Assembly (NCBI GenBank): GCA_002269645.1
Contig: NIVC01000328.1
Location: 62,001-126,000, forward strand
DNA length: 64,000 nucleotides
Direction of reading: 5' to 3'
DNA from: Macrostomum lignano
Lineage: Eukaryota
Both the position numbers and the translations under genes were made by a program. Positions 26,001-38,000 of this stretch are shown here, piece after piece. The notes under the pieces are model-generated. The model worked only from the letters and a program-made list of their open reading frames with translations. It searched no databases and was not told where the DNA came from. Each line of letters opens with the position of its first letter. The first letter of the stretch is position 1.

Positions 26001-29000
26001 CAGTTGCTGGGCCAGCCTCCCAGATCCTCAGTTGCTGGGCCAGCCTCCCAGATCCTCAGTTGCTGGGCCAGCCTCCCAGATGTCAGTTGCTGGGCCAGCC
26101 TCCCAGATCCTCAGTTGCTGGGCCAGCCTCCCAGATCCTCAGTTGCTGGGCCAGCCTCCCAGATCCTCAGTTGCTGGGCCAGCCTCCCAGATCTCAGTTG
26201 CTGGGCCAGCCTCCCAGATTCAGTTGCTGGGCCAGCCTCCCAGATCCTCAGTTGCTGGGCCAGCCTCCCAGATCCTCAGTTGCTGGGCCAGCCTCCCAGA
26301 TCCTCAGTTGCTGGGCCAGCCTCCCAGATCCTCAGTTGCTGGGCCAGCCTCCCAGATCCTCAGTTGCTGGGCCAGCCTCCCAGATCCTCAGTTGCTGGGC
26401 CAGCCTCCCAGATTCAGTTGCTGGGCCAGCCTCCCAGATCCTCAGTTGCTGGGCCAGCCTCCCAGATTCAGTTGCTGGGCCAGCCTCCCAGATTCAGTTG
26501 CTGGGCCAGCCTCCCAGATCCTCAGTTGCTGGCCAGCCTCCCAGATCCTCAGTTGCTGGGCCAGCCTCCCAGATCCTCAGTTGCTGGGCCAGCCTCCCAG
26601 ATCCTCAGTTGCTGGGCCAGCCTCCCAGATCCTCAGTTGCTGGGCCAGCCTCCCAGATTCAGTTGCTGGGCCAGCCTCCCAGATGTCAGTTGCTGGGCCA
26701 GCCTCCCAGATCCTCAGTTGCTGGGCCAGCCTCCCAGATCCTCAGTTGCTGGGCCAGCCTCCCAGATCCTCAGTTGCTGGGCCAGCCTCCCAGATCCTCA
26801 GTTGCTGGGCCAGCCTCCCAGATGTCAGTTGCTGGGCCAGCCTCCCAGATCCTCAGTTGCTGGGCCAGCCTCCCAGATCCTCAGTTGCTGGGCCAGCCTC
26901 CCAGATCCTCAGTTGCTGGGCCAGCCTCCCAGATGTCAGTTGCTGGGCCAGCCTCCCAGATCCTCAGTTGCTGGGCCAGCCTCCAGATCCTCAGTTGCTG
27001 GGCCAGCCTCCCAGATCCTCAGTTGCTGGCCAGCCTCCCAGATCCTCAGTTGCTGGCCAGCCTCCCAGATGTCAGTTGCTGGGCCAGCCTCCCAGATCCT
27101 CAGTTGCTGGGCCAGCCTCCCAGATCCTCAGTTGCTGGCCAGCCTCCCAGATGTCAGTTGCTGGGCCAGCCTCCCAGATCCTCAGTTGCTGGCCAGCCTC
27201 CCAGATCCTCAGTTGCTGGGCCAGCCTCCCAGATCCTCAGTTGCTGGGCCAGCCTCCCAGATCCTCAGTTGCTGGGCCAGCCTCCCAGATCCTCAGTTGC
27301 TGGCCAGCCTCCCAGATCCTCAGTTGCTGGGCCAGCCTCCCAGATCCTCAGTTGCTGGGCCAGCCTCCCAGATCCTCAGTTGCTGGGCCAGCCTCCAGAT
27401 CCTCAGTTGCTGGCCAGCCTCCCAGATGTCAGTTGCTGGGCCAGCCTCCCAGATCCTCAGTTGCTGGGCCAGCCTCCAGATCCTCAGTTGCTGGCAGCCT
27501 CCCAGATCCTCAGTTGCTGGGCCAGCCTCCCAGATGTCAGTTGCTGGGCCAGCCTCCCAGATGTCAGTTGCTGGGCCAGCCTCCCAGATGTCAGTTGCTG
27601 GGCCAGCCTCCCAGATCCTCAGTTGCTGGGCCAGCCTCCCAGATCCTCAGTTGCTGGCCAGCCTCCAGATCCTCAGTTGCTGGCCAGCCTCCCAGATGTC
27701 AGTTGCTGGGCCAGCCTCCCAGATCCTCAGTTGCTGGCCAGCCTCCCAGATCCTCAGTTGCTGAGCGAGCCTCCCAGATCCTCAGTTGCTGGGCCAGCCT
27801 CCCAGAGTGTCAGTTGCTGGGCCAGCCTCCCAGATCCTCAGTTGCTGGGCCAGCCTCCCAGATCCTCAGTTGCTGGGCCAGCCTCCCAGATCCTCAGTTG
27901 CTGGCCAGCCTCCCAGAGTGTCAGTTGTTGGGCCAGCCTCCCAGATCCTCAGTTGCTGGGCCAGCCTTCCAGATCCTCAGTTGCTGAGCGAGCCTCCCAG
28001 ATGTCAGTTGCTGGGCCAGCCTCCCAGATGTCAGTTGCTGGGCCAGCCTCCCAGATGTCAGTTGCTGGGCCAGCCTCCCAGATCCTCAGTTGCTGGGCCA
28101 GCCTCCCAGATCCTCAGTTGCTGGGCCAGCCTCCCAGATCCTCAGTTGCTGGGCCAGCCTCCCAGATGTCAGTTGCTGGGCCAGCCTCCCAGATGTCAGT
28201 TGCTGGGCCAGCCTCCCAGATCCTCAGTTGCTGGGCCAGCCTCCCAGATCCTCAGTTGCTGGGCCAGCCTCCCAGATCCTCAGTTGCTGGGCCAGCCTCC
28301 CAGATTCAGTTGCTGGGCCAGCCTCCCAGATTCAGTTGCTGGGCCAGCCTCCCAGATCCTCAGTTGCTGGGCCAGCCTCCCAGATCCTCAGTTGCTGGGC
28401 CAGCCTCCCAGATCCTCAGTTGCTGGGCCAGCCTCCCAGATCCTCAGTTGTTGGGCCAGCCTCCCAGATCCTCAGTTGTTGGGCCAGCCTCCCAGTAATT
28501 CAGTTGCTGGGCCAGCCTCCCAGATCCTCAGTTGCTGGGCCAGCCTCCCAGATCCTCAGTTGCTGGGCCAGCCTCCCAGAGTGTCAGTTGCTGGGCCAGC
28601 CTCCCAGATCCTCAGTTGCTGGGCCAGCCTCCCAGATGTCAGTTGCTGGGCCAGCCTCCCAGAGTGTCAGTTGCTGGGCCAGCCTCCCAGATCCTCAGTT
28701 GCTGGGCCAGCCTCCCAGATCCTCAGTTGCTGGGCCAGCCTCCCAGATCCTCAGTTGCTGGGCCAGCCTCCCAGATCCTCAGTTGCTGGGCCAGCCTCCC
28801 AGATCCTCAGTTGCTGGGCCAGCCTCCCAGATCCTCAGTTGCTGGCCAGCCTCCCAGATCCTCAGTTGCTGGGCCAGCCTCCCAGAGTGTCAGTTGCTGG
28901 GCCAGCCTCCCAGAGTGTCAGTTGCTGGGCCAGCCTCCCAGATCCTCAGTTGCTGGGCCAGCCTCCCAGATCCTCAGTTGCTGGGCCAGCCTCCCAGATG

Positions 29001-32000
29001 TCAGTTGCTGGGCCAGCCTCCCAGATTCAGTTGCTGGGCCAGCCTCCCAGATCCTCAGTTGCTGGGCCAGCCTCCCAGATCCTCAGTTTCTGGGCCAGCC
29101 TCCCAGATCCTCAGTTGCTGGGCCAGCCTCCCAGTAATTCAGTTGCTGGGCCAGCCTCCCAGTAATTCAGTTGCTGGGCCAGCCTCCCAGATCCTCAGTT
29201 GCTGGGCCAGCCTCCCAGATCCTCAGTTGTTGGGCCAGCCTCCCAGATCCTCAGTTGCTGGGCCAGCCTCCCAGATCCTCAGTTGCTGGGCCAGCCTCCC
29301 AGATCCTCAGTTGCTGGGCCAGCCTCCCAGTAATTCAGTTGCTGGGCCAGCCTCCCAGATCCTCAGTTGCTGGGCCAGCCTCCCAGATTCAGTTGCTGGG
29401 CCAGCCTCCCAGATTCAGTTGCTGGGCCAGCCTCCCAGATCCTCAGTTGCTGGGCCAGCCTCCCAGATCCTCAGTTGCTGGGCCAGCCTCCCAGATCCTC
29501 AGTTGCTGGGCCAGCCTCCCAGATCCTCAGTTGTTGGGCCAGCCTCCCAGTAATTCAGTTGCTGGGCCAGCCTCCCAGTAATTCAGTTGCTGGGCCAGCC
29601 TCCCAGATCCTCAGTTGCTGAGCGAGCCTCCCAGATCCTCAGTTGCTGGGCCAGCCTCCCAGATCCTCAGTTGCTGGGCCAGCCTCCCAGATCCTCAGTT
29701 GCTGGCCAGCCTCCCAGTGTCAGTTGCTGGGCCAGCCTCCCAGAGTGTCAGTTGCTGGGCCAGCCTCCCAGATCCTCAGTTGCTGGGCCAGCCTCCCAGA
29801 TCCTCAGTTGCTGGGCCAGCCTCCCAGATCCTCAGTTGCTGGGCCAGCCTCCCAGATCCTCAGTTGCTGGGCCAGCCTCCCAGATCCTCAGTTGCTGGGC
29901 CAGCCTCCCAGATCCTCAGTTGCTGGGCCAGCCTCCCAGATCCTCAGTTGCTGGGCCAGCCTCCCAGATCCTCAGTTGCTGGCCAGCCTCCCAGAGTGTC
30001 AGTTGTTGGGCCAGCCTCCCAGATCCTCAGTTGCTGGGCCAGCCTTCCAGATCCTCAGTTGCTGGCCAGCCTCCCAGAGTGTCAGTTGTTGGGCCAGCCT
30101 CCCAGATCCTCAGTTGCTGGGCCAGCCTCCCAGATCCTCAGTTGCTGGGCCAGCCTCCCAGATGTCAGTTGCTGGGCCAGCCTCCCAGATGTCAGTTGCT
30201 GGGCCAGCCTCCCAGATGTCAGTTGCTGGGCCAGCCTCCCAGATCCTCAGTTGCTGGGCCAGCCTCCCAGATCCTCAGTTGCTGGGCCAGCCTCCCAGAT
30301 CCTCAGTTGCTGGGCCAGCCTCCCAGATTCAGTTGCTGGGCCAGCCTCCCAGATTCAGTTGCTGGGCCAGCCTCCCAGATCCTCAGTTGCTGGCAGCCTC
30401 CCAGATCCTCAGTTGCTGGCCAGCCTCCCAGATGTCAGTTGTTGGGCCAGCCTCCCAGATCCTCAGTTGCTGAGCGAGCCTCCCAGAGTGTCAGTTGCTG
30501 GGCCAGCCTCCCAGAGTGTCAGTTGCTGGGCCAGCCTCCCAGATCCTCAGTTGCTGGGCCAGCCTCCCAGATCCTCAGTTGCTGGGCCAGCCTCCCAGAT
30601 CCTCAGTTGCTGGCCAGCCTCCCAGAGTGTCAGTTGTTGGGCCAGCCTCCCAGATCCTCAGTTGCTGGCCAGCCTCCCAGATCCTCAGTTGCTGGCCAGC
30701 CTCCCAGAGTGTCAGTTGCTGGGCCAGCCTCCCAGATCCTCAGTTGCTGGCCAGCCTCCCAGATCCTCAGTTGCTGGGCCAGCCTCCCAGATGTCAGTTG
30801 CTGGGCCAGCCTCCCAGATGTCAGTTGCTGGGCCAGCCTCCCAGATCCTCAGTTGCTGGGCCAGCCTCCCAGATCCTCAGTTGCTGGGCCAGCCTCCCAG
30901 ATCCTCAGTTGCTGGGCCAGCCTCCCAGATGTCAGTTGCTGGGCCAGCCTCCCAGATCCTCAGTTGCTGGGCCAGCCTCCCAGATCCTCAGTTGCTGGGC
31001 CAGCCTCCCAGATGTCAGTTGCTGGGCCAGCCTCCCAGATCCTCAGTTGCTGGGCCAGCCTCCCAGATGTCAGTTGCTGGGCCAGCCTCCCAGATGTCAG
31101 TTGCTGGGCCAGCCTCCCAGATCCTCAGTTGCTGGGCCAGCCAGCTGGGCCAGCCTCCCAGATCCTCAGTTGCTGGGCCAGCCTCCCAGATCCTCAGTTG
31201 CTGGGCCAGCCTCCCAGATGTCAGTTGCTGGGCCAGCCTCCCAGATCCTCAGTTGCTGGGCCAGCCTCCCAGATCCTCAGTTGCTGGGCCAGCCTCCCAG
31301 ATCCTCAGTTGCTGGGCCAGCCTCCCAGATTCAGTTGCTGGGCCAGCCTCCCAGATTCAGTTGCTGGGCCAGCCTCCCAGATCCTCAGTTGCTGGGCCAG
31401 CCTCCCAGATCCTCAGTTGCTGGGCCAGCCTCCCAGATCCTCAGTTGCTGGGCCAGCCTCCCAGATCCTCAGTTGCTGGGCCAGCCTCCCAGATCCTCAG
31501 TTGCTGGGCCAGCCTCCCAGATCCTCAGTTGCTGGGCCAGCCTCCCAGATCCTCAGTTGCTGGGCCAGCCTCCCAGATCCTCAGTTGCTGGGCCAGCCTC
31601 CCAGATCCTCAGTTGCTGGGCCAGCCTCCCAGATCCTCAGTTGCTGGGCCAGCCTCCCAGATCCTCAGTTGCTGGGCCAGCCTCCCAGATCCTCAGTTGC
31701 TGGGCCAGCCTCCCAGATCCTCAGTTGCTGGGCCAGCCTCCCAGATCCTCAGTTGCTGGGCCAGCCTCCCAGATCCCTCAGTTGCTGGGCCAGCCTCCCA
31801 GATTCAGTTGCTGGGCCAGCCTCCCAGATCCTCAGTTGCTGGGCCAGCCTCCCAGATCCTCAGTTGCTGGCCAGCCTCCCAGATCCTCAGTTGCTGGGCC
31901 AGCCTCCCAGATCCTCAGTTGCTGGGCCAGCCTCCCAGATGTCAGTTGCTGGGCCAGCCTCCCAGATCCTCAGTTGCTGGGCCAGCCTCCCAGATCCTCA

Positions 32001-35000
32001 GTTGCTGGGCCAGCCTCCCAGATCCTCAGTTGCTGGGCCAGCCTCCCAGATCCTCAGTTGCTGGCCAGCCTCCCAGATCCTCAGTTGCTGGGCCAGCCTC
32101 CCAGATCCTCAGTTGCTGGGCCAGCCTCCCAGATCCTCAGTTGCTGGGCCAGCCTCCCAGATCCTCAGTTGCTGGGCCAGCCTCCCAGATCCTCAGTTGC
32201 TGGGCCAGCCTCCCAGATCCTCAGTTGCTGGGCCAGCCTCCCAGATCCTCAGTTGCTGGGCCAGCCTCCCAGATCCTCAGTTGCTGGGCCAGCCTCCCAG
32301 ATGTCAGTTGCTGGGCCAGCCTCCCAGATCCTCAGTTGCTGGGCCAGCCTCCCAGATCCTCAGTTGCTGGGCCAGCCTCCCAGATGTCAGTTGCTGGGCC
32401 AGCCTCCCAGATCCTCAGTTGCTGGGCCAGCCTCCCAGATCCTCAGTTGCTGGGCCAGCCTCCCAGATCCTCAGTTGCTGGGCCAGCCTCCCAGATCCTC
32501 AGTTGCTGGGCCAGCCTCCCAGATCCTCAGTTGCTGGGCCAGCCTCCCAGATCCTCAGTTGCTGGGCCAGCCTCCCAGATCCTCAGTTGCTGGGCCAGCC
32601 TCCCAGATCCTCAGTTGCTGGGCCAGCCTCCCAGATCCTCAGTTGCTGGGCCAGCCTCCCAGATCCTCAGTTGCTGGGCCAGCCTCCCAGATCCTCAGTT
32701 GCTGGGCCAGCCTCCCAGATCCTCAGTTGCTGGGCCAGCCTCCCAGATCCTCAGTTGCTGGGCCAGCCTCCCAGATCCTCAGTTGCTGGGCCAGCCTCCC
32801 AGATCCTCAGTTGCTGGGCCAGCCTCCCAGATCCTCAGTTGCTGGGCCAGCCTCCCAGATCCTCAGTTGCTGGGCCAGCCTCCCAGATCCTCAGTTGCTG
32901 GGCCAGCCTCCCAGATCCTCAGTTGCTGGGCCAGCCTCCCAGATCCTCAGTTGCTGGGCCAGCCTCCCAGATCCTCAGTTGCTGGGCCAGCCTCCCAGAT
33001 CCTCAGTTGCTGGGCCAGCCTCCCAGATCCTCAGTTGCTGGGCCAGCCTCCCAGATCCTCAGTTGCTGGGCCAGCCTCCCAGATCCTCAGTTGCTGGGCC
33101 AGCCTCCCAGATCCTCAGTTGCTGGGCCAGCCTCCCAGATCCTCAGTTGCTGGGCCAGCCTCCCAGATCCTCAGTTGCTGGGCCAGCCTCCCAGATCCTC
33201 AGTTGCTGGGCCAGCCTCCCAGATCCTCAGTTGCTGGGCCAGCCTCCCAGATCCTCAGTTGCTGGGCCAGCCTCCCAGATCCTCAGTTGCTGGGCCAGCC
33301 TCCCAGATCCTCAGTTGCTGGGCCAGCCTCCCAGATCCTCAGTTGCTGGGCCAGCCTCCCAGATCCTCAGTTGCTGGGCCAGCCTCCCAGATCCTCAGTT
33401 GCTGGGCCAGCCTCCCAGATCCTCAGTTGCTGGGCCAGCCTCCCAGATCCTCAGTTGCTGGGCCAGCCTCCCAGATCCTCAGTTGCTGGGCCAGCCTCCC
33501 AGATCCTCAGTTGCTGGGCCAGCCTCCCAGATCCTCAGTTGCTGGGCCAGCCTCCCAGATCCTCAGTTGCTGGGCCAGCCTCCCAGATCCTCAGTTGCTG
33601 GGCCAGCCTCCCAGATCCTCAGTTGCTGGGCCAGCCTCCCAGATCCTCAGTTGCTGGGCCAGCCTCCCAGATCCTCAGTTGCTGGGCCAGCCTCCCAGAT
33701 CCTCAGTTGCTGGGCCAGCCTCCCAGATCCTCAGTTGCTGGGCCAGCCTCCCAGATCCTCAGTTGCTGGGCCAGCCTCCCAGATCCTCAGTTGCTGGGCC
33801 AGCCTCCCAGATCCTCAGTTGCTGGGCCAGCCTCCCAGATCCTCAGTTGCTGGGCCAGCCTCCCAGATCCTCAGTTGCTGGGCCAGCCTCCCAGATCCTC
33901 AGTTGCTGGGCCAGCCTCCCAGATCCTCAGTTGCTGGGCCAGCCTCCCAGATCCTCAGTTGCTGGGCCAGCCTCCCAGATCCTCAGTTGCTGGGCCAGCC
34001 TCCCAGATCCTCAGTTGCTGGGCCAGCCTCCCAGATCCTCAGTTGCTGGGCCAGCCTCCCAGATCCTCAGTTGCTGGGCCAGCCTCCCAGATCCTCAGTT
34101 GCTGGGCCAGCCTCCCAGATCCTCAGTTGCTGGGCCAGCCTCCCAGATCCTCAGTTGCTGGGCCAGCCTCCCAGATCCTCAGTTGCTGGGCCAGCCTCCC
34201 AGATCCTCAGTTGCTGGGCCAGCCTCCCAGATCCTCAGTTGCTGGGCCAGCCTCCCAGATCCTCAGTTGCTGGGCCAGCCTCCCAGATCCTCAGTTGCTG
34301 GGCCAGCCTCCCAGATCCTCAGTTGCTGGGCCAGCCTCCCAGATCCTCAGTTGCTGGGCCAGCCTCCCAGATCCTCAGTTGCTGGGCCAGCCTCCCAGAT
34401 CCTCAGTTGCTGGGCCAGCCTCCCAGATCCTCAGTTGCTGGGCCAGCCTCCCAGATCCTCAGTTGCTGGGCCAGCCTCCCAGATCCTCAGTTGCTGGGCC
34501 AGCCTCCCAGATCCTCAGTTGCTGGGCCAGCCTCCCAGATCCTCAGTTGCTGGGCCAGCCTCCCAGATCCTCAGTTGCTGGGCCAGCCTCCCAGATCCTC
34601 AGTTGCTGGGCCAGCCTCCCAGATCCTCAGTTGCTGGGCCAGCCTCCCAGATCCTCAGTTGCTGGGCCAGCCTCCCAGATCCTCAGTTGCTGGGCCAGCC
34701 TCCCAGATCCTCAGTTGCTGGGCCAGCCTCCCAGATCCTCAGTTGCTGGGCCAGCCTCCCAGATCCTCAGTTGCTGGGCCAGCCTCCCAGATCCTCAGTT
34801 GCTGGGCCAGCCTCCCAGATCCTCAGTTGCTGGGCCAGCCTCCCAGATCCTCAGTTGCTGGGCCAGCCTCCCAGATCCTCAGTTGCTGGGCCAGCCTCCC
34901 AGATCCTCAGTTGCTGGGCCAGCCTCCCAGATCCTCAGTTGCTGGGCCAGCCTCCCAGATCCTCAGTTGCTGGGCCAGCCTCCCAGATCCTCAGTTGCTG

Positions 35001-38000
35001 GGCCAGCCTCCCAGATCCTCAGTTGCTGGGCCAGCCTCCCAGATCCTCAGTTGCTGGGCCAGCCTCCCAGATCCTCAGTTGCTGGGCCAGCCTCCCAGAT
35101 CCTCAGTTGCTGGGCCAGCCTCCCAGATCCTCAGTTGCTGGGCCAGCCTCCCAGATCCTCAGTTGCTGGGCCAGCCTCCCAGATCCTCAGTTGCTGGGCC
35201 AGCCTCCCAGATCCTCAGTTGCTGGGCCAGCCTCCCAGATCCTCAGTTGCTGGGCCAGCCTCCCAGATCCTCAGTTGCTGGGCCAGCCTCCCAGATCCTC
35301 AGTTGCTGGGCCAGCCTCCCAGATCCTCAGTTGCTGGGCCAGCCTCCCAGATCCTCAGTTGCTGGGCCAGCCTCCCAGATCCTCAGTTGCTGGGCCAGCC
35401 TCCCAGATCCTCAGTTGCTGGGCCAGCCTCCCAGATCCTCAGTTGCTGGGCCAGCCTCCCAGATCCTCAGTTGCTGGGCCAGCCTCCCAGATCCTCAGTT
35501 GCTGGGCCAGCCTCCCAGATCCTCAGTTGCTGGGCCAGCCTCCCAGATCCTCAGTTGCTGGGCCAGCCTCCCAGATCCTCAGTTGCTGGGCCAGCCTCCC
35601 AGATCCTCAGTTGCTGGGCCAGCCTCCCAGATCCTCAGTTGCTGGGCCAGCCTCCCAGATCCTCAGTTGCTGGGCCAGCCTCCCAGATCCTCAGTTGCTG
35701 GGCCAGCCTCCCAGATCCTCAGTTGCTGGGCCAGCCTCCCAGATCCTCAGTTGCTGGGCCAGCCTCCCAGATCCTCAGTTGCTGGGCCAGCCTCCCAGAT
35801 CCTCAGTTGCTGGGCCAGCCTCCCAGATCCTCAGTTGCTGGGCCAGCCTCCCAGATCCTCAGTTGCTGGGCCAGCCTCCCAGATCCTCAGTTGCTGGGCC
35901 AGCCTCCCAGATCCTCAGTTGCTGGGCCAGCCTCCCAGATCCTCAGTTGCTGGGCCAGCCTCCCAGATCCTCAGTTGCTGGGCCAGCCTCCCAGATCCTC
36001 AGTTGCTGGGCCAGCCTCCCAGATCCTCAGTTGCTGGGCCAGCCTCCCAGATCCTCAGTTGCTGGGCCAGCCTCCCAGATCCTCAGTTGCTGGGCCAGCC
36101 TCCCAGATCCTCAGTTGCTGGGCCAGCCTCCCAGATCCTCAGTTGCTGGGCCAGCCTCCCAGATCCTCAGTTGCTGGGCCAGCCTCCCAGATCCTCAGTT
36201 GCTGGGCCAGCCTCCCAGATCCTCAGTTGCTGGGCCAGCCTCCCAGATCCTCAGTTGCTGGGCCAGCCTCCCAGATCCTCAGTTGCTGGGCCAGCCTCCC
36301 AGATCCTCAGTTGCTGGGCCAGCCTCCCAGATCCTCAGTTGCTGGGCCAGCCTCCCAGATCCTCAGTTGCTGGGCCAGCCTCCCAGATCCTCAGTTGCTG
36401 GGCCAGCCTCCCAGATCCTCAGTTGCTGGGCCAGCCTCCCAGATCCTCAGTTGCTGGGCCAGCCTCCCAGATCCTCAGTTGCTGGGCCAGCCTCCCAGAT
36501 CCTCAGTTGCTGGGCCAGCCTCCCAGATCCTCAGTTGCTGGGCCAGCCTCCCAGATCCTCAGTTGCTGGGCCAGCCTCCCAGATCCTCAGTTGCTGGGCC
36601 AGCCTCCCAGATCCTCAGTTGCTGGGCCAGCCTCCCAGATCCTCAGTTGCTGGGCCAGCCTCCCAGATCCTCAGTTGCTGGGCCAGCCTCCCAGATCCTC
36701 AGTTGCTGGGCCAGCCTCCCAGATCCTCAGTTGCTGGGCCAGCCTCCCAGATCCTCAGTTGCTGGGCCAGCCTCCCAGATCCTCAGTTGCTGGGCCAGCC
36801 TCCCAGATCCTCAGTTGCTGGGCCAGCCTCCCAGATCCTCAGTTGCTGGGCCAGCCTCCCAGATCCTCAGTTGCTGGGCCAGCCTCCCAGATCCTCAGTT
36901 GCTGGGCCAGCCTCCCAGATCCTCAGTTGCTGGGCCAGCCTCCCAGATCCTCAGTTGCTGGGCCAGCCTCCCAGATCCTCAGTTGCTGGGCCAGCCTCCC
37001 AGATCCTCAGTTGCTGGGCCAGCCTCCCAGATCCTCAGTTGCTGGGCCAGCCTCCCAGATCCTCAGTTGCTGGGCCAGCCTCCCAGATCCTCAGTTGCTG
37101 GGCCAGCCTCCCAGATCCTCAGTTGCTGGGCCAGCCTCCCAGATCCTCAGTTGCTGGGCCAGCCTCCCAGATCCTCAGTTGCTGGGCCAGCCTCCCAGAT
37201 CCTCAGTTGCTGGGCCAGCCTCCCAGATCCTCAGTTGCTGGGCCAGCCTCCCAGATCCTCAGTTGCTGGGCCAGCCTCCCAGATCCTCAGTTGCTGGGCC
37301 AGCCTCCCAGATCCTCAGTTGCTGGGCCAGCCTCCCAGATCCTCAGTTGCTGGGCCAGCCTCCCAGATCCTCAGTTGCTGGGCCAGCCTCCCAGATCCTC
37401 AGTTGCTGGGCCAGCCTCCCAGATCCTCAGTTGCTGGGCCAGCCTCCCAGATCCTCAGTTGCTGGGCCAGCCTCCCAGATCCTCAGTTGCTGGGCCAGCC
37501 TCCCAGATGTCAGTTGCTGGGCCAGCCTCCCAGATCCTCAGTTGCTGGGCCAGCCTCCCAGATCCTCAGTTGCTGGGCCAGCCTCCCAGATCCTCAGTTG
37601 CTGGGCCAGCCTCCCAGATCCTCAGTTGCTGGGCCAGCCTCCCAGATCCTCAGTTGCTGGGCCAGCCTCCCAGATCCTCAGTTGCTGGGCCAGCCTCCCA
37701 GATCCTCAGTTGCTGGGCCAGCCTCCCAGATCCTCAGTTGCTGGGCCAGCCTCCCAGATCCTCAGTTGCTGGGCCAGCCTCCCAGATCCTCAGTTGCTGG
37801 GCCAGCCTCCCAGATCCTCAGTTGCTGGGCCAGCCTCCCAGATCCTCAGTTGCTGGGCCAGCCTCCCAGATCCTCAGTTGCTGGGCCAGCCTCCCAGATC
37901 CTCAGTTGCTGGGCCAGCCTCCCAGATCCTCAGTTGCTGGGCCAGCCTCCCAGATCCTCAGTTGCTGGGCCAGCCTCCCAGATCCTCAGTTGCTGGGCCA

